From: Halanaerobiales bacterium
GTDB lineage: Bacteria > Bacillota > Halanaerobiia > Halanaerobiales > M55B127
Direction: 5' to 3'
Length of the DNA: 64,000 nucleotides
NCBI GenBank assembly: GCA_018399995.1
Contig: JAGYMU010000002.1
Coordinates: 7,795-71,794, forward strand
This document shows positions 1 through 8,860 of this stretch, piece after piece. Under the pieces are notes generated by a model. That model was not told the origin of the DNA and ran no database searches. It saw only the letters and a list, made by a program, of their open reading frames with translations. The stretch's first letter is position 1; every line of letters begins with the position of its first letter. The position numbers were made by a program, and so were the translations under genes.

Positions 1-2
1 AA

Positions 3-2078
3 ATGGATGATAATACTGAAGATAGGCTTAGAAAAAATAGAATAAAACTCCTTTTTTTTATTTTATCTTTTTTAATCATATTACTAATAGCAAGGTTGGT
101 CTGGATACAGATAATCAACAATGAAGAGTATTATGATAGGGCGTTGAAACAGAGAATTACGGAGTTAAAGGTTATTCCTGATAGAGGGAATATTTATGAT
201 ATTAACGGCAAGGAACTGGCTGTGAGTGTTCAAAGTATAACAGTTGTGGGTTTACCTAAACAGATAACAAACCCAACTCAAACAGCCGGAAAACTTGCCG
301 CTGTTTTATCTATAGACTATGAGATTTTAGCTAACAGGTTAAAAAGAAATGCCTATGCAGTGTATCTGGAAAGGAAAATTTCTGATCAGAAGTATCAAAA
401 AATCAAGGAAATGGACCTGAGGGGTATTACTTTTATCGATGAAAATAAAAGGATCTATCCCAAAGATACTTTAGCCAGTCAACTTGTTGGATTTGTAGGA
501 ATAGATGAAAATGGCTTAGAAGGTATAGAGTTAGCTTATGACAGTCAATTAACTGGAATCAAGGGTAAGATGTTGACAGAACGCGATGCAAGTGGGCAGA
601 TAATACCTGAAGCTGTTATTAATTACATACCAGAAGAAAATGGCAATGATATATACCTGACTATCAATGAGGCGATACAACACCGATCTGAGCGCGAAAT
701 TGCTTCAGCGGTAGATAAATATAATGCAAAGAGCGGTACTATAATTATTATGGAACCAAAGACCGGAAATATTGTTTCGATGGCCAATTATCCTGCTTTT
801 AATCCCAATAATATTTCAGAGTATCAACAACCAGATTGGAGAAACCGCGCTATTGCAGATAACTATGAACCGGGATCTACCTTTAAAATTATTACAACGG
901 CTTCTGCTTTAGAAGAGGGAGTTGTCAATCCCAATGATGTATTTTTCGACTCAGGTGAAGTCAAGGTAGAAAAAGAAATCATTGAATGTTGGGAAGAAGA
1001 TGGCCATGGAAAAGAATTATTTTCTGAAGTTGTACAGAATTCCTGCAACCCGGGTTTTGTCCAGGTCGGTTTAAGAATGGGGAAGGAAACATTTTTTAAA
1101 TATATTGAGGCTTTCGGTTTTGGACATAAAACCAATATAGAATTACCCGGTGAAGCAGTCGGGCAGCTACCTAATTATGATAATGTGGGTGATATTGAAC
1201 TGGCAACAGTTTCTTTTGGTAGGGGAATTTCCGTAACCCCAATTCAGTTAATTACAGCTGTTTCTGCTGTTGCGAATAATGGGATAATGTTGAAACCTAA
1301 TTTTATTGACAAAATAATTGACCAAAAAGGTAATATTAAAAACATCAATCAATCAACAGAGATTCGAAAAATAGTTTCAAAAACAACATCTCAAAAGACC
1401 TTAGAACTGCTGGAAAATGTAGTAAGCCAGGGAACTGGTGTAAATGCTTATATCGAAGGCTATAGGGTAGGAGGCAAAACAGGTACTGCCGAACACTATC
1501 GGGGAAATTTATATGATTCTTCTTTTATAGGGGTATTTCCTGTCAATGATCCTAAATTTGTAATTTTGGTGGTCTTATATGGTATTGATGGCCAAGTATA
1601 TTATGCAAGTCAGACTGCTGCTCCTGTTTTTAAAAATATTGCAAACGATCTTATAAGATATTATAAGATGCCGGCCCAATCAAATAAAATGGAAGAAGTT
1701 GATGAATTAGAATTAGTTAAGCTGGATGATTACAGTAGTTTAGGGCTATATGATGTGAAAAAAACTTTGAAAAATTTAGATTTGGAATATAAAATAGTAG
1801 GTGAAGGAGAAAAGATAATAGAGCAAAGTCCTCAACCTGGGGCAGAGGTATTTAAAAATTCTACTGTGTTCTTATTTACAGAAATTAATCAAACAATAAA
1901 CAGTAGTTACAAAATTATGTTACCGGATTTTCGAGAAATGAAAAGAGAAGAAGCGGTCGATTTAGCTGAGAAAATGGGTATTAAGATCAGTTTTCAGGGA
2001 AATACAAGCACAATAATTTCACAAACCATAGAACCTGGTATAAGGATCGATAGAGATCAATTAGTTATATTAAAGTAA
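3..2078 (+). CDS. ftsI: Class B penicillin-binding protein (FtsI/PBP2B/SpoVD-type septal transpeptidase) with two C-terminal PASTA-like repeats
   Basis: 691-aa ORF. N-terminal TM anchor LLFFILSFLIILLIA. Transpeptidase motifs STFK, SCN and KTGT are visible. First gene of the mur/fts cluster. The ATG is at nt 3, so the upstream RBS is outside the window. Confidence 0.9.
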   Translation: MDDNTEDRLRKNRIKLLFFILSFLIILLIARLVWIQIINNEEYYDRALKQRITELKVIPDRGNIYDINGKELAVSVQSITVVGLPKQITNPTQTAGKLAAVLSIDYEILANRLKRNAYAVYLERKISDQKYQKIKEMDLRGITFIDENKRIYPKDTLASQLVGFVGIDENGLEGIELAYDSQLTGIKGKMLTERDASGQIIPEAVINYIPEENGNDIYLTINEAIQHRSEREIASAVDKYNAKSGTIIIMEPKTGNIVSMANYPAFNPNNISEYQQPDWRNRAIADNYEPGSTFKIITTASALEEGVVNPNDVFFDSGEVKVEKEIIECWEEDGHGKELFSEVVQNSCNPGFVQVGLRMGKETFFKYIEAFGFGHKTNIELPGEAVGQLPNYDNVGDIELATVSFGRGISVTPIQLITAVSAVANNGIMLKPNFIDKIIDQKGNIKNINQSTEIRKIVSKTTSQKTLELLENVVSQGTGVNAYIEGYRVGGKTGTAEHYRGNLYDSSFIGVFPVNDPKFVILVVLYGIDGQVYYASQTAAPVFKNIANDLIRYYKMPAQSNKMEEVDELELVKLDDYSSLGLYDVKKTLKNLDLEYKIVGEGEKIIEQSPQPGAEVFKNSTVFLFTEINQTINSSYKIMLPDFREMKREEAVDLAEKMGIKISFQGNTSTIISQTIEPGIRIDRDQLVILK

Positions 2079-2180
2079 AAGTATTTTTTTGTTTACTAAT
2101 TATATCTAAAGTTCCTTCAAAAGAATCAATCCAAATCTTGTTTATGATTTGGGTGGAGAGGTTCACTAGGGGGTTGCATA

Positions 2181-3644
2181 TTGTATTTAAATAATCTTAT
2201 TCAAGAACTAAAAATTGAAAAAATTATGGGTAAAACTAATATTAATATAAGTAATATTCAGTATGACTCCCGCCAAATTAAAAAGAATAATATGTTTATC
2301 TGTATTCAGGGATTTAAAACTGATGGACATAAATACATTAAAGATGTGATAAAAAAAGGTGCTAATGCAGTCGTTATTGATAAAGAATTAGAAAGTTACA
2401 GTGATCAGATTACATATTTGAAGGTTAAAAACAGCAGAAAAGCCATGGCTACTTTGGCTAAGAGTTTTTTTGAAAATCCCCTCAGCACTATTGATTTAAT
2501 CGGGGTGACAGGTACCAATGGGAAAACTACTACTACCTTTTTAATTAAAGAAATATTAAATAAAGGTGGTTATAAGACTGGGTTAATTGGAACCATTGAA
2601 ATTTTTGATGGCAGTCAGTCGATACCGGCTTCCCGTACTACTCCCGAGTCTCTTGATATCTACAGGTACTTATCTAAGATGAGAGATAATAAAGTTAAAT
2701 ATGTGGTTATGGAAGTATCTTCTCATGCTTTGGCTTTGCATCGGGTTGATACAATGCAATTTAAAGCCGCAGTATTTACCAATTTAACACAGGATCATTT
2801 AGATTACCATCAAACTATGCACAAATATGCCTTAGAGAAAGCCAAACTCTTTAAAAAAGTTAAAAGTGATGGTGTTAGTATAATCAATAATGATGATGAC
2901 TATGCAGATTTTTTTAAAGAAAAAAGCAGTGGAGAAATTATTACATATGGGATAGAAAATAGATCAACTCTGCAGGCTGAAGCTATTAAATTATCTTTTA
3001 GGGGAGTTGAATTTGTACTTGATGGTTTAAATTATAGATTAAATCTTAGAGGTAAATTTAATATATATAATAGTCTGGCCGCTATTAGTGTTGCAAAGAG
3101 TCTAGACTTTGCTGAAGGGATTTTGAAAAATTCACTGGAAGGTATTGAAGGGATTCCAGGCAGATTTGAAGCTGTCGATTTATCTCAAGATTTCACAGTA
3201 GTTATTGATTATGCTCACACTCCGGATGGCATGATGAATGTATTATCATCTGTTCAGGAATTTGAGCATAATAACATTATCGTAGTTTTTGGCTGTGGAG
3301 GAGATAGAGATAAAACAAAGAGACCTCTGATGGGGGAACTGGCTGTGAGGGAAGCGGACTATGTTATATTAACTAATGATAATCCTCGTTCTGAGGTACC
3401 TGCGACTATCATCGATGATATTAAAGCAGGTATTGAGCAAGGTAAACACAGAACAACTATCTTTGCAATACAGGATAGAAAAAAAGCAATTAATGAGGCT
3501 ATTGATTTAGCTCAAACCGGTGATGTTGTGATTATATTTGGTAAGGGCCATGAAACATATCAAGTTTTTGCAGATCATACTATAGATTTTAATGATAAAA
3601 AAGTTGCTGAAGTTGCAATCAAAAGAAAACTAAGTGGGGTTTAA
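2181..3644 (+). CDS. murE: UDP-N-acetylmuramoyl-L-alanyl-D-glutamate--2,6-diaminopimelate ligase
   Basis: TTG start 7 nt after AGGGGG. Mur-ligase P-loop GVTGTNGKTTT. DNPR motif typical of meso-DAP-adding MurE. DSR motif about 28 aa from the N-terminus, as in known MurE. Position matches dcw synteny. Confidence 0.93.
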   Translation: MYLNNLIQELKIEKIMGKTNINISNIQYDSRQIKKNNMFICIQGFKTDGHKYIKDVIKKGANAVVIDKELESYSDQITYLKVKNSRKAMATLAKSFFENPLSTIDLIGVTGTNGKTTTTFLIKEILNKGGYKTGLIGTIEIFDGSQSIPASRTTPESLDIYRYLSKMRDNKVKYVVMEVSSHALALHRVDTMQFKAAVFTNLTQDHLDYHQTMHKYALEKAKLFKKVKSDGVSIINNDDDYADFFKEKSSGEIITYGIENRSTLQAEAIKLSFRGVEFVLDGLNYRLNLRGKFNIYNSLAAISVAKSLDFAEGILKNSLEGIEGIPGRFEAVDLSQDFTVVIDYAHTPDGMMNVLSSVQEFEHNNIIVVFGCGGDRDKTKRPLMGELAVREADYVILTNDNPRSEVPATIIDDIKAGIEQGKHRTTIFAIQDRKKAINEAIDLAQTGDVVIIFGKGHETYQVFADHTIDFNDKKVAEVAIKRKLSGV

Positions 3645-3645
3645 A

Positions 3646-5028
3646 ATGTTTAAATACAAGGTAGACAAAATATTAGAGGCTGTGGATGGTCAACTTATTA
3701 AGGGAAATAAAAATGATATACTAAAAGGGGTTTCAACTGATACCAGAAAACTGAGTGATGAAGATATCTTTGTTGCTCTCAAAGGTGAAAATTTTGATGC
3801 TCATGACTTGATTGAAAAAAAAATAGAAAAAAAAATTAAGGCAGTTATTGTTGACAAACCAGTTGATACTAACTGTGATACTATAATCAAAGTTGATGAT
3901 ACCTATAAGGCACTACAACAGATGGCAAAGTTTCACAGAAAAAACCATAAAGATGTTAAGGTGATAGGAATCACTGGAAGTTCAGGTAAAACCTCAACTA
4001 AAGATATTTTGTATCAAATTTTAAATAGAAATTATAATATCAAAAAAAATGAAGGGAACTTCAATAATCAGATTGGAGTTCCGCTTACTTTATTTAAGAT
4101 GGATGGAGACGAAGATTTTTTTATCGTCGAAATGGGTATGAGCCAGACCGGTGAGATAAAATTGCTGGCTGAGATAGCTGATCCTCAAATAGGTTTAATA
4201 ACTAATGTGGGTCCTGCTCATCTCGAGTTTTTTGACTCCATTGAAGAGATTGCTTTAGCCAAAGGTGAATTAATTGAGGCATTGGGCAAAGACGATCTAG
4301 CTGTATTGAATTATGACAACAGTTATACTAAAATCATTAATGAATTAACCGATGATCAGACAGAGATACAGTACTTCGGTTTTAATCCATCGGCTGATTT
4401 TTCCATTAAAGAATTTAAATATCAAGAAGGTGGGATGAATTTCAAACTTTGTTCTAATAGTTTTGAAGAAGAGATGAACACAAATCTTTTTGGACAACAC
4501 AATTTATATAACATACTAGCAGCTGTTACGGTTGCATCTAACCTTAATGTAAACTGGCAGCTGATAAAAGAGGTAATCAAGGATCTAAAATTAAGTGAAT
4601 TAAGATCAGAGATTAAAACTGTAAATGAAATCAAATTTATTATGGACTGTTATAATGCTAATCCTGCTTCAATGGAAAATGCCTTAAAGGTGTTAATAAA
4701 TATTGAGGCTAATCGCAAAATTGCTGTATTAGGTGATATGCTGGAACTGGGAGATAATAAAGAAGAGATTCATAGTAAACTGGGTCAAAATGTCTCAGGA
4801 ATGGAAATAGATTTTCTATTGACTATCGGTAAATTAGCCAAGTATATTTCTACTGCTGCACTTGACTTTGGATTCAAAAAAGATAATGTAAAACATTTTA
4901 GAGAGAAAACTGATTTAATAAAATATTTAAAGGATATAGCTCAAATTGATGATCTTATTCTACTGAAAGGCTCTCGGGGTATGAAGATGGAGGATATATA
5001 TCATAAGTTTTTAAAAAACAAGGGATGA
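3646..5028 (+). CDS. murF: UDP-N-acetylmuramoyl-tripeptide--D-alanyl-D-alanine ligase
   Basis: The track ORF starts at GTG 3634. I prefer ATG 3646, which has GGGG about 8 nt upstream and lies just after the murE stop. P-loop GITGSSGKTST. Position matches dcw synteny. Confidence 0.9.
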   Translation: MFKYKVDKILEAVDGQLIKGNKNDILKGVSTDTRKLSDEDIFVALKGENFDAHDLIEKKIEKKIKAVIVDKPVDTNCDTIIKVDDTYKALQQMAKFHRKNHKDVKVIGITGSSGKTSTKDILYQILNRNYNIKKNEGNFNNQIGVPLTLFKMDGDEDFFIVEMGMSQTGEIKLLAEIADPQIGLITNVGPAHLEFFDSIEEIALAKGELIEALGKDDLAVLNYDNSYTKIINELTDDQTEIQYFGFNPSADFSIKEFKYQEGGMNFKLCSNSFEEEMNTNLFGQHNLYNILAAVTVASNLNVNWQLIKEVIKDLKLSELRSEIKTVNEIKFIMDCYNANPASMENALKVLINIEANRKIAVLGDMLELGDNKEEIHSKLGQNVSGMEIDFLLTIGKLAKYISTAALDFGFKKDNVKHFREKTDLIKYLKDIAQIDDLILLKGSRGMKMEDIYHKFLKNKG

Positions 5029-5032
5029 TAAG

Positions 5033-5998
5033 ATGACATATTTAGCCAAAACCTTAATATTTTTTACGCTTCCTTTCTTGTGGATTCTGTTTTTTGGTTC
5101 CTTTTTCATTAAAATTATAAATAAATATGAGTTCGGTCAAAATATCAGAGAACTAGGCCCCAGCTCCCATTATAAAAAAAAAGGAGTACCTACTATGGGT
5201 GGTATTTTGATTATTAGTGGTATTTTTATCCCTCTAGTCTTTAATAATATGTGGAATATGAATAATATTATTTTTGTTATAGTGATTATCTTAACTGCAA
5301 TTATAGGATTAAGTGATGATCTAATAAAAATAAAAAAAGAAAGGTCTTTAGGTTTAACTGCTCGACATAAAATTTTTTTACAGCTTATTATTGCTTTAAT
5401 TTTAGCTTTATATGTCTATTATTATTTACCCTCTGCTCATCATATATTAATACCAATATTAAAACAGAGAATCAACATGGGTATCTATACAATACCGATT
5501 GTAATTTTAACCTACCTTGCTACTGTCAATGCAGTCAATTTAACTGATGGTCTGGATGGTTTAGCATCTTCTATAACCTCTGTAGTGGCAATAACCCTTT
5601 ATATTATGATAACTTACTTTACAAAAAGCAGTCATGCTTTTTTAACAGCAAGTGTTGCAGGTGCCTCTCTTGGTTTTCTCTGGTATAATTCTAAACCGGC
5701 TACCCTATTTATGGGTGATGTTGGTTCACTTTCCTTAGGAGCTGCTTTAACGGTTCTGTTTTCATTTACAGGGCTGGAATTTGTTTTAATAATTACGGGT
5801 GGGATCTTTGTTATAGAGGCTTTTTCAGTAATTATACAGGTTATATATTTTAAAATAACTAAAGGTAAAAGGGTATTTTTGATGTCACCCCTTCATCACC
5901 ATTTTGAATTAAAAGGTCTAAGTGAAACTAAAATAGTATACAGATTTACTCTGGCTGCTATCTTACTTTCTATTTTAAGTATAATAATATCTATTTAG
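5033..5998 (+). CDS. mraY: Phospho-N-acetylmuramoyl-pentapeptide transferase
   Basis: 321-aa polytopic membrane ORF with conserved MraY-like segments (PTMGG, NLTDGLDGLA, MGDVGSL, HHHFE). Position matches dcw synteny. Confidence 0.93.
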   Translation: MTYLAKTLIFFTLPFLWILFFGSFFIKIINKYEFGQNIRELGPSSHYKKKGVPTMGGILIISGIFIPLVFNNMWNMNNIIFVIVIILTAIIGLSDDLIKIKKERSLGLTARHKIFLQLIIALILALYVYYYLPSAHHILIPILKQRINMGIYTIPIVILTYLATVNAVNLTDGLDGLASSITSVVAITLYIMITYFTKSSHAFLTASVAGASLGFLWYNSKPATLFMGDVGSLSLGAALTVLFSFTGLEFVLIITGGIFVIEAFSVIIQVIYFKITKGKRVFLMSPLHHHFELKGLSETKIVYRFTLAAILLSILSIIISI

Positions 5999-6008
5999 GT
6001 GGATTAAG

Positions 6009-7373
6009 ATGAGAAAATATGAAAATAAAAAGGTAACAGTTTTAGGATTAAGTGAGAGAACAGGTATTGCTGTCACCGAAAAGCTAATTGAAAATAAAGC
6101 CCAGGTGATGGTCAGTGACATAAAAAAATCTGATCAACTAAAGCCTCAGTTAGCAATACTAAAAAAGTATGACAATATCAAATATGATCTTGGAGGACAT
6201 TCTGAGCAAATCTTAGATTCAGATCTTATCGTTTTAAGCCCAGGAGTGCCTCCTGATCTTAATATTTTATGCAGGGCTGAAAAGCTTGGTATAGAAGTAA
6301 TCAGCGAGATTGAGTTGGCATATAGGCTAACTGACGCAAATATAATCGGAATAACCGGTACAAACGGGAAAACTACTGTAACTTCGCTGGCCGGACACAT
6401 ATTAAAGGAAAATTTAGATAATAAAGTTAGAATGGCGGGCAATATTGGTTCACCTCTAATTGCTGAAATTAATGGGATGGAAAAAAATGACTGGTTGGTA
6501 GCAGAGTTGAGTTCTTTTCAGCTGGAGAAGATAAAGTTCTTCAGACCGGAAATAAGTGTATTTCTAAATTTTGCTCCTGATCATCTGGACAGACATATAA
6601 CCAGTCAAAATTACTGGAAGGCCAAAAAAAGGATTTTTGAAAATCAAAGTAAGAAAGATAAAGCCCTAGTAAACATAGATGATATATTTTTAAGAGAAAA
6701 GACAGATGATATTAAAGCAGGACTTTATAAAGTAACCAGCAAATTTGAAATAGACAGAGGTGTATATTTTGATCAAGAAAAAATATATCTATTTCAAGAA
6801 GGTAAAAAGGAATCAATAATAGAAACCAAAGATATACCCTTGATCGGTACTCATAATATTTTGAATACTGCTTTTGCTGTTCTTTTAGCAAAGATATTTA
6901 ATATTAAAAATGATAATATCAGGCAGTCTGTGATTAGTTATCAGGCTTTTGCTCACCGTTTAGAAATCATATATGATAAAGAATATAGGATTATAGATGA
7001 TTCAAAAGCGACAAATCCGCACGCAGCAGTTAATGCTCTGCGGTCTTTAGAGGCGCCTATAATTTTAATAGTAGGTGGTCAGGATAGACAGGCTGATTTT
7101 AGCAATCTGGCCTATACCATTAGAGAGCGGGTTCACAAAGTTATTATCATGGGAGAAACAAAAAACAAAATTAAGGATGCCCTACAACAGATTGGTTTTG
7201 ATAATTTTGATATTGTAAAAAATATGCAGGCAGCTGTCCGCGCATCTTTAATAGATATTAAAAAGGGGTATACAGTATTGCTTTCTCCTGCCTGCCCAAG
7301 TTGGGATATGTATGAAAGTTATAAAAAAAGGGGGAAAGATTTTCAAAAAGAAGTAAAGAGATATTTAAAATGA
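6009..7373 (+). CDS. murD: UDP-N-acetylmuramoylalanine--D-glutamate ligase
   Basis: 454-aa ORF. RBS AGGTGG. Mur-ligase P-loop GITGTNGKTT. Position after mraY. Confidence 0.92.
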   Translation: MRKYENKKVTVLGLSERTGIAVTEKLIENKAQVMVSDIKKSDQLKPQLAILKKYDNIKYDLGGHSEQILDSDLIVLSPGVPPDLNILCRAEKLGIEVISEIELAYRLTDANIIGITGTNGKTTVTSLAGHILKENLDNKVRMAGNIGSPLIAEINGMEKNDWLVAELSSFQLEKIKFFRPEISVFLNFAPDHLDRHITSQNYWKAKKRIFENQSKKDKALVNIDDIFLREKTDDIKAGLYKVTSKFEIDRGVYFDQEKIYLFQEGKKESIIETKDIPLIGTHNILNTAFAVLLAKIFNIKNDNIRQSVISYQAFAHRLEIIYDKEYRIIDDSKATNPHAAVNALRSLEAPIILIVGGQDRQADFSNLAYTIRERVHKVIIMGETKNKIKDALQQIGFDNFDIVKNMQAAVRASLIDIKKGYTVLLSPACPSWDMYESYKKRGKDFQKEVKRYLK

Positions 7374-7536
7374 TTTAAAAGAAGTACAGATCAGCCTCAG
7401 GGAAACATTCTTTACGAGTAGCCATACAAAGAGTATGCTACAGGAGTGATCAAAAACCACCCTGGATATCTTTTGATATTATTTTATCAGAGACTTAGCC
7501 CAAAATTAAAGAAATTCGAAAAAAAATGTTAACTAA

Positions 7537-7564
7537 TTGTTGATATGACGATAATGTGTATAAT
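7537..7564 (+). promoter_or_regulatory. Sigma-A-like promoter inside the murD-ftsW spacer (TTGTTG, 16-nt spacer, TATAAT)
   Basis: -35 TTGTTG at 7537-7542 and -10 TATAAT at 7559-7564, with a 16-nt spacer. It would give a roughly 190-nt leader before the ftsW ATG. Confidence 0.45.
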
Positions 7565-7640
7565 GGAGACAATTAAAAAAAATGTCCACATTACCCACAC
7601 CGCTTGGAAAACTAAAGAACAAGTTTACCACATATCCACA
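7555..7640. promoter_or_regulatory. Cluster of five DnaA-box-like 9-mers (consensus TTATNCACA)
   Basis: Minus-strand TTATACACA (7555-7563) overlaps the -10. Plus-strand ATGTCCACA (7582-7590) abuts TTACCCACA (7591-7599). TTTACCACA (7624-7632) abuts ATATCCACA (7632-7640). The two pairs are 42 nt apart. Confidence 0.45.
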
Positions 7641-7755
7641 ATTACGACTATGACTACGGCTACTGATTTAGATAAATCAAGCCCGTCATAATTACCATAT
7701 ATTTATGGGGATTTATTAATAATCTCTAAGCATATTATACGAGGAGTGACCTCTT

Positions 7756-8847
7756 ATGAATGAAGACTCGGTTGATTATATTTTATTATTAGCGGTTTTA
7801 ACTCTTTTAACAATTGGTATCATCATGATCTTTAGTGCCAGCTCAATTAGGGGAGAGGAATTATTTAATGACAGTTATTATTTTTTAAAGAAACAGTTGA
7901 TTTTTGCTGGTATTGGCATTGCTTTAATGTTGATTGTAATGAATATAGATTACCATATTTTTCAAAAATTAGCCAAACCCATGCTGCTTATTTCACTTTT
8001 TTTGTTAGTTTTAGTTTTAATACCGGGTATTGGAAGCAAAATAGGTGGAGCCCGCCGTTGGTTAGGAGTTGGCAATTTAGGAGGTCAGCCTTCTGAAATT
8101 GCTAAATTAGCTTTGATTATATACATAGCTCAATTTTATACTCGGAAAATCGATTTGGTGCAAAACTTCAAAAAAGGAATATTACCGATATTAATTGTCA
8201 GCCTCGTTATGTTTGGACTTATTTTATTGGAACCTGATTTTGGTACGGCAATGTTGATTGCTGCCCTTGCTTTTGTTATGCTATTTACAAATGGTGCTAA
8301 GATATGGCATCTCGGTGCTTTATTACTAGCGAGTATACCTGCTGTATTTTTCATAATATTTCAAGAGCCCTACCGCAAGGTAAGATTTTTATCATTTCTG
8401 GACCCCTGGTCTGATTCATTAGACACGGGATACCATATTATACAGTCTTTACTGGCATTGGGTTCAGGGGGTTTATTTGGAGTTGGATTGGGAAATAGTC
8501 ATCAAAAATTTCTCTACCTTCCAGAACCTGGTACTGATTTTATCTTTGCTATTATTGGAGAAGAATTGGGGTTTTTGGCTACCCTTTTAATTTTGCTTTT
8601 GTATTTGGTGATAGCCTGGAAGGGGTTAAAAATCAGCTACAATACAGAGGATCGGTTCGGTTCAATTCTAGCCATGGGAATAACGGTTTTAATTGTTGTT
8701 CAGGCCTTAATGAATATCGCTGTGGTAACTGCTTCAATACCCGTTACAGGGATTACCCTTCCTTTCATAAGTTATGGAGGCAGCTCATTAATAATATTCC
8801 TTTTTTCTGTCGGTATATTACTCAATATTTCTAAAAAAAGAACGTAG
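7756..8847 (+). CDS. ftsW: Peptidoglycan glycosyltransferase FtsW (SEDS family, FtsW/RodA/SpoVE)
   Basis: 363-aa polytopic membrane ORF. RBS GAGGAG. Located between murD and murG, as FtsW is in dcw clusters. Confidence 0.88.
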   Translation: MNEDSVDYILLLAVLTLLTIGIIMIFSASSIRGEELFNDSYYFLKKQLIFAGIGIALMLIVMNIDYHIFQKLAKPMLLISLFLLVLVLIPGIGSKIGGARRWLGVGNLGGQPSEIAKLALIIYIAQFYTRKIDLVQNFKKGILPILIVSLVMFGLILLEPDFGTAMLIAALAFVMLFTNGAKIWHLGALLLASIPAVFFIIFQEPYRKVRFLSFLDPWSDSLDTGYHIIQSLLALGSGGLFGVGLGNSHQKFLYLPEPGTDFIFAIIGEELGFLATLLILLLYLVIAWKGLKISYNTEDRFGSILAMGITVLIVVQALMNIAVVTASIPVTGITLPFISYGGSSLIIFLFSVGILLNISKKRT

Positions 8848-8860
8848 GTGGTTTTTCAAA

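Noticed and set aside
7582-7653. 23-codon ORF (MSTLPTPLGKLKNKFTTYPQLRL) in the murD-ftsW spacer.
   Set aside because: There is no Shine-Dalgarno sequence (it is preceded by AATTAAAAAAA). Its sequence is better explained by the DnaA-box-like repeats it overlaps. I see no similarity to Sda-type peptides.
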